IMG/VR virus record: IMGVR_UViG_3300042296_001032 | Reading direction: 5' to 3' (one strand) | DNA: 16,293 nt | Source: a virus | Lineage: Duplodnaviria > Heunggongvirae > Uroviricota > Caudoviricetes | Shown: positions 14,480 to 16,293 of the stretch, piece after piece | How positions within the stretch are numbered: position 1 is the stretch's first letter | Layout of the letters: each line of letters begins with the position of its first letter | Made by a program: the position numbers and the translations under genes | Notes under the pieces: model-generated | Database searches by the model: none | The model's input: only the letters and a program-made list of their open reading frames with translations | Told to the model about the DNA's origin: nothing

Positions 14480-15126
14480 TATAATGACCTTAATTTAGCT
14501 TGTGTTATTACCTCAGCCATATCTCTAAGTACATTACTTTTTTCAAACCACATTACTGCGATTAAAGATTTAGCGTCAATCAATTGGTATGGTGGCATCA
14601 TTTTAGATTCTTTACCAACTTCCATATTAAACCCTGTTGGGTCATCAAAAAATAGTCTACCGTTTAGACCTAACTTTTCTACTTCAACAATAGAAATGTT
14701 TTCATCTCCAATACCACCACCTTTATTTACTCTCTCACTAACCTCACAATAAAACAATGATATAATTTCAGTTGTTCTTCCTGGTGAGGTGTAGAAATCA
14801 CTTATATGGTTTGTAAAATCTACCTTATAACCTGTTTCCTCCATGATTTCTCTTTTTATTGCTTGTTCGTGTTTTTCACCTTTGTCTACACTACCAGCAA
14901 CTACTTCTACCATAACACCTTCAGCACCAGCTCTGTACTGTTCAACAAAGATGTATTTTTTCTTAACCGTATCAAAAATAATAGCGGCAACACAATCTGG
15001 TATTTTTAAGATTTCTCTTTTAGTTTCTTTCTCACCATCACTGATTGTGAGTTCTTCTATTTTAGAAAAGCTATTATATAAAGTTTTTCTATCTTTTACA
15101 CTGTAATTAGTTATAACATTTTCCAT
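14479..15126 (-). CDS. nudF: Nudix hydrolase, ADP-ribose pyrophosphatase-like
   Basis: Intact Nudix box GSVDKGEKHEQAIKREIMEETGY, preceded by FVEQYR...EVVAG and followed by YTSPG and IDAK, as in ADPRase-type enzymes. Confidence 0.85.
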   Translation of the reverse strand: MENVITNYSVKDRKTLYNSFSKIEELTISDGEKETKREILKIPDCVAAIIFDTVKKKYIFVEQYRAGAEGVMVEVVAGSVDKGEKHEQAIKREIMEETGYKVDFTNHISDFYTSPGRTTEIISLFYCEVSERVNKGGGIGDENISIVEVEKLGLNGRLFFDDPTGFNMEVGKESKMMPPYQLIDAKSLIAVMWFEKSNVLRDMAEVITQAKLRSL

Positions 15127-15128
15127 AT

Positions 15129-15308
15129 TTACACATTTAATTCGGGTTCTTCACCACTTTGTATTTGTTGTTTAGATAATTCTTTAGCTACCTCTTCACC
15201 AAATTGGGCCTCCAATTTTTTGTAAAAAGCACGTCTTTTTTCGTCTAACTTTTGTCTTCTAAGGGCCACTCTCTTTTTATGGTCTTTTTTATTTTTTGAT
15301 TTTGGCAT
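15129..15308 (-). CDS. Small basic protein, 59 aa (not in ORF track)
   Basis: Hand translation: MPKSKNKKDHKKRVALRRQKLDEKRRAFYKKLEAQFGEEVAKELSKQQIQSGEEPELNV*. Ends 2 nt before the Nudix ATG. Confidence 0.75.
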   Translation of the reverse strand: MPKSKNKKDHKKRVALRRQKLDEKRRAFYKKLEAQFGEEVAKELSKQQIQSGEEPELNV

Positions 15309-15372
15309 AATAAAACTTTTTATTAATAATTATTTTATTAATAGTAAGTTTTTTATTTAATAAATTAAAGCC

Positions 15373-16041
15373 CTAGAAGGAATAAATAGCGTCAGGTAAA
15401 CGTCTTCTAGCGTAAGTTACCCAAGTATTTAATAGTTTACTTGATTCTTCTCTTGAAAGGTTCCCCAACATAATTTCATGGTTTAAGTCATCCATCATTA
15501 CAATATCCAAAGGTTTCTTTTCTATTTTGGCCCTTCTATAAAACCCATGTACTAAAGCCTCAACTTCTGATGGGTCCATGTGATGTTCAAAGGTAGATTC
15601 ATAATCTGCTGTATATTCTATGTTAGGTTGTTGTCTATCCGAAAAAATTCCTTGTAATAGATGTTCCAACTCATGTCTAACATCCTCGTTAATTTTATAA
15701 AAAATTTCTTCGTAATATTCTTTATCGTAATTGTTGTTAATTAAAATCTCAACGTTAAGATAATCCTCATCATCAATATACGATTTAACATAATAAGGTA
15801 TTTCTTCACCATTATGTTCTATATTATCATTTGTTCTTAGAATAGTTAATTCTACATTAATATTTAAGTTTGGCCCTTGGTAATATTCTTCTCCGTTTTT
15901 TTCAAAAGGCAATGAAAAATATTCAGATTCATCATAACTACCCTCAGTTTCTTTAATGCAACTAATAATATCCCTACTAATAATACGGGTCAATGAATCA
16001 TACTTACCTTCTAATAATATTTGTTTTTTGGTTTTAATCAT
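15373..16041 (-). CDS. HExxH zinc-metallopeptidase-like protein with N-terminal LLE tag
   Basis: Starts MIKTKKQILLEG. Contains VRHELEHLLQ and a downstream EVEALVHG. Confidence 0.8.
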   Translation of the reverse strand: MIKTKKQILLEGKYDSLTRIISRDIISCIKETEGSYDESEYFSLPFEKNGEEYYQGPNLNINVELTILRTNDNIEHNGEEIPYYVKSYIDDEDYLNVEILINNNYDKEYYEEIFYKINEDVRHELEHLLQGIFSDRQQPNIEYTADYESTFEHHMDPSEVEALVHGFYRRAKIEKKPLDIVMMDDLNHEIMLGNLSREESSKLLNTWVTYARRRLPDAIYSF

Positions 16042-16293
16042 TGTATTTTTCAGGGTTTTGTATATAATCTATTTCACCTTTAATGGTTTCAAAACTAGCA
16101 TATATATTTTTTAATTCATCACCAATACCTCTAACTGATAAAGCAATCATTTTATTTTCATCAGCAAATTCAGAATTGTCACCATCCCATTTCATTTGTG
16201 GTGAATGTTTATCAAACTCATCTATTTTTTGAATCCAACCAGCAATCTGAATTCTATTATTTTCACACCAATTAACAATCTCTTCTAACGGTA
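16034..16293 (-). CDS. Partial hypothetical protein (5' end outside window)
   Basis: Open frame from the window edge: PLEEIVNWCENNRIQIAGWIQKIDEFDKHSPQMKWDGDNSEFADENKMIALSVRGIGDELKNIYASFETIKGEIDYIQNPEKYND*. Overlaps the next ATG by 8 nt. Confidence 0.75.
   Translation of the reverse strand, partial: PLEEIVNWCENNRIQIAGWIQKIDEFDKHSPQMKWDGDNSEFADENKMIALSVRGIGDELKNIYASFETIKGEIDYIQNPEKYND

Noticed and set aside
1120-15106. Plus-strand ORFs in the track (1120..1335, 4714..4899, 8892..9263, 9905..10099, 13459..13719, 14806..15009, 14843..15106)
   Set aside because: All lie antisense to longer minus-strand genes and have the F/I/L/S-rich composition typical of shadow frames; no motifs.
13808-15126. 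Calling the Nudix/PncA pair a known NAD reconstitution pathway
   Set aside because: NARP enzymes (Adps, Namat, Nampt, Nmnat) are not recognisable here, and the PncA homologue lacks catalytic residues.
15320-15348. Promoter-like CTTACT-N17-TAATAA upstream of 15308
   Set aside because: Weak match in an almost pure A/T spacer; not distinguishable from background.
1-16293. Stop-codon reassignment (seen in some large phages)
   Set aside because: Standard-code ORFs already tile the window densely, and TAA, TAG and TGA all end genes at sensible junctions. No fragmented genes.

Overview
Very AT-rich, densely coding segment in which every credible gene is on the minus strand. It looks like part of a large T4-related ('huge') tailed phage genome. 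A TAnnTTTG promoter and the lack of obvious Shine-Dalgarno sites point to a Bacteroidota host (inference). Recognisable genes are thioredoxin, a hotdog acyl-CoA thioesterase, an HNH nuclease, an ADP-ribose-type Nudix hydrolase, an apparently inactive nicotinamidase/isochorismatase homologue and tRNA-Gly(UCC). The most notable structure: (1) seven proteins share a K-K-I-[IL]-x-E tag, often followed by a [LF]-D-W motif. The tag resembles a T4 gp21 prohead-protease site, also occurs internally in two larger ORFs, and co-occurs with a GATATTTAT box 4-6 nt before the start codon. This suggests a late-expressed, capsid-packaged cargo system that includes three HExxH metalloproteases. (2) Two separate ORFs resemble isolated N-terminal and C-terminal pieces of a gp23-type major capsid protein, in non-structural gene contexts. 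One is coupled to the Nudix and dead-nicotinamidase genes, suggesting possible counter-defence decoys. Family assignments are by eye and from memory; no database search was run.
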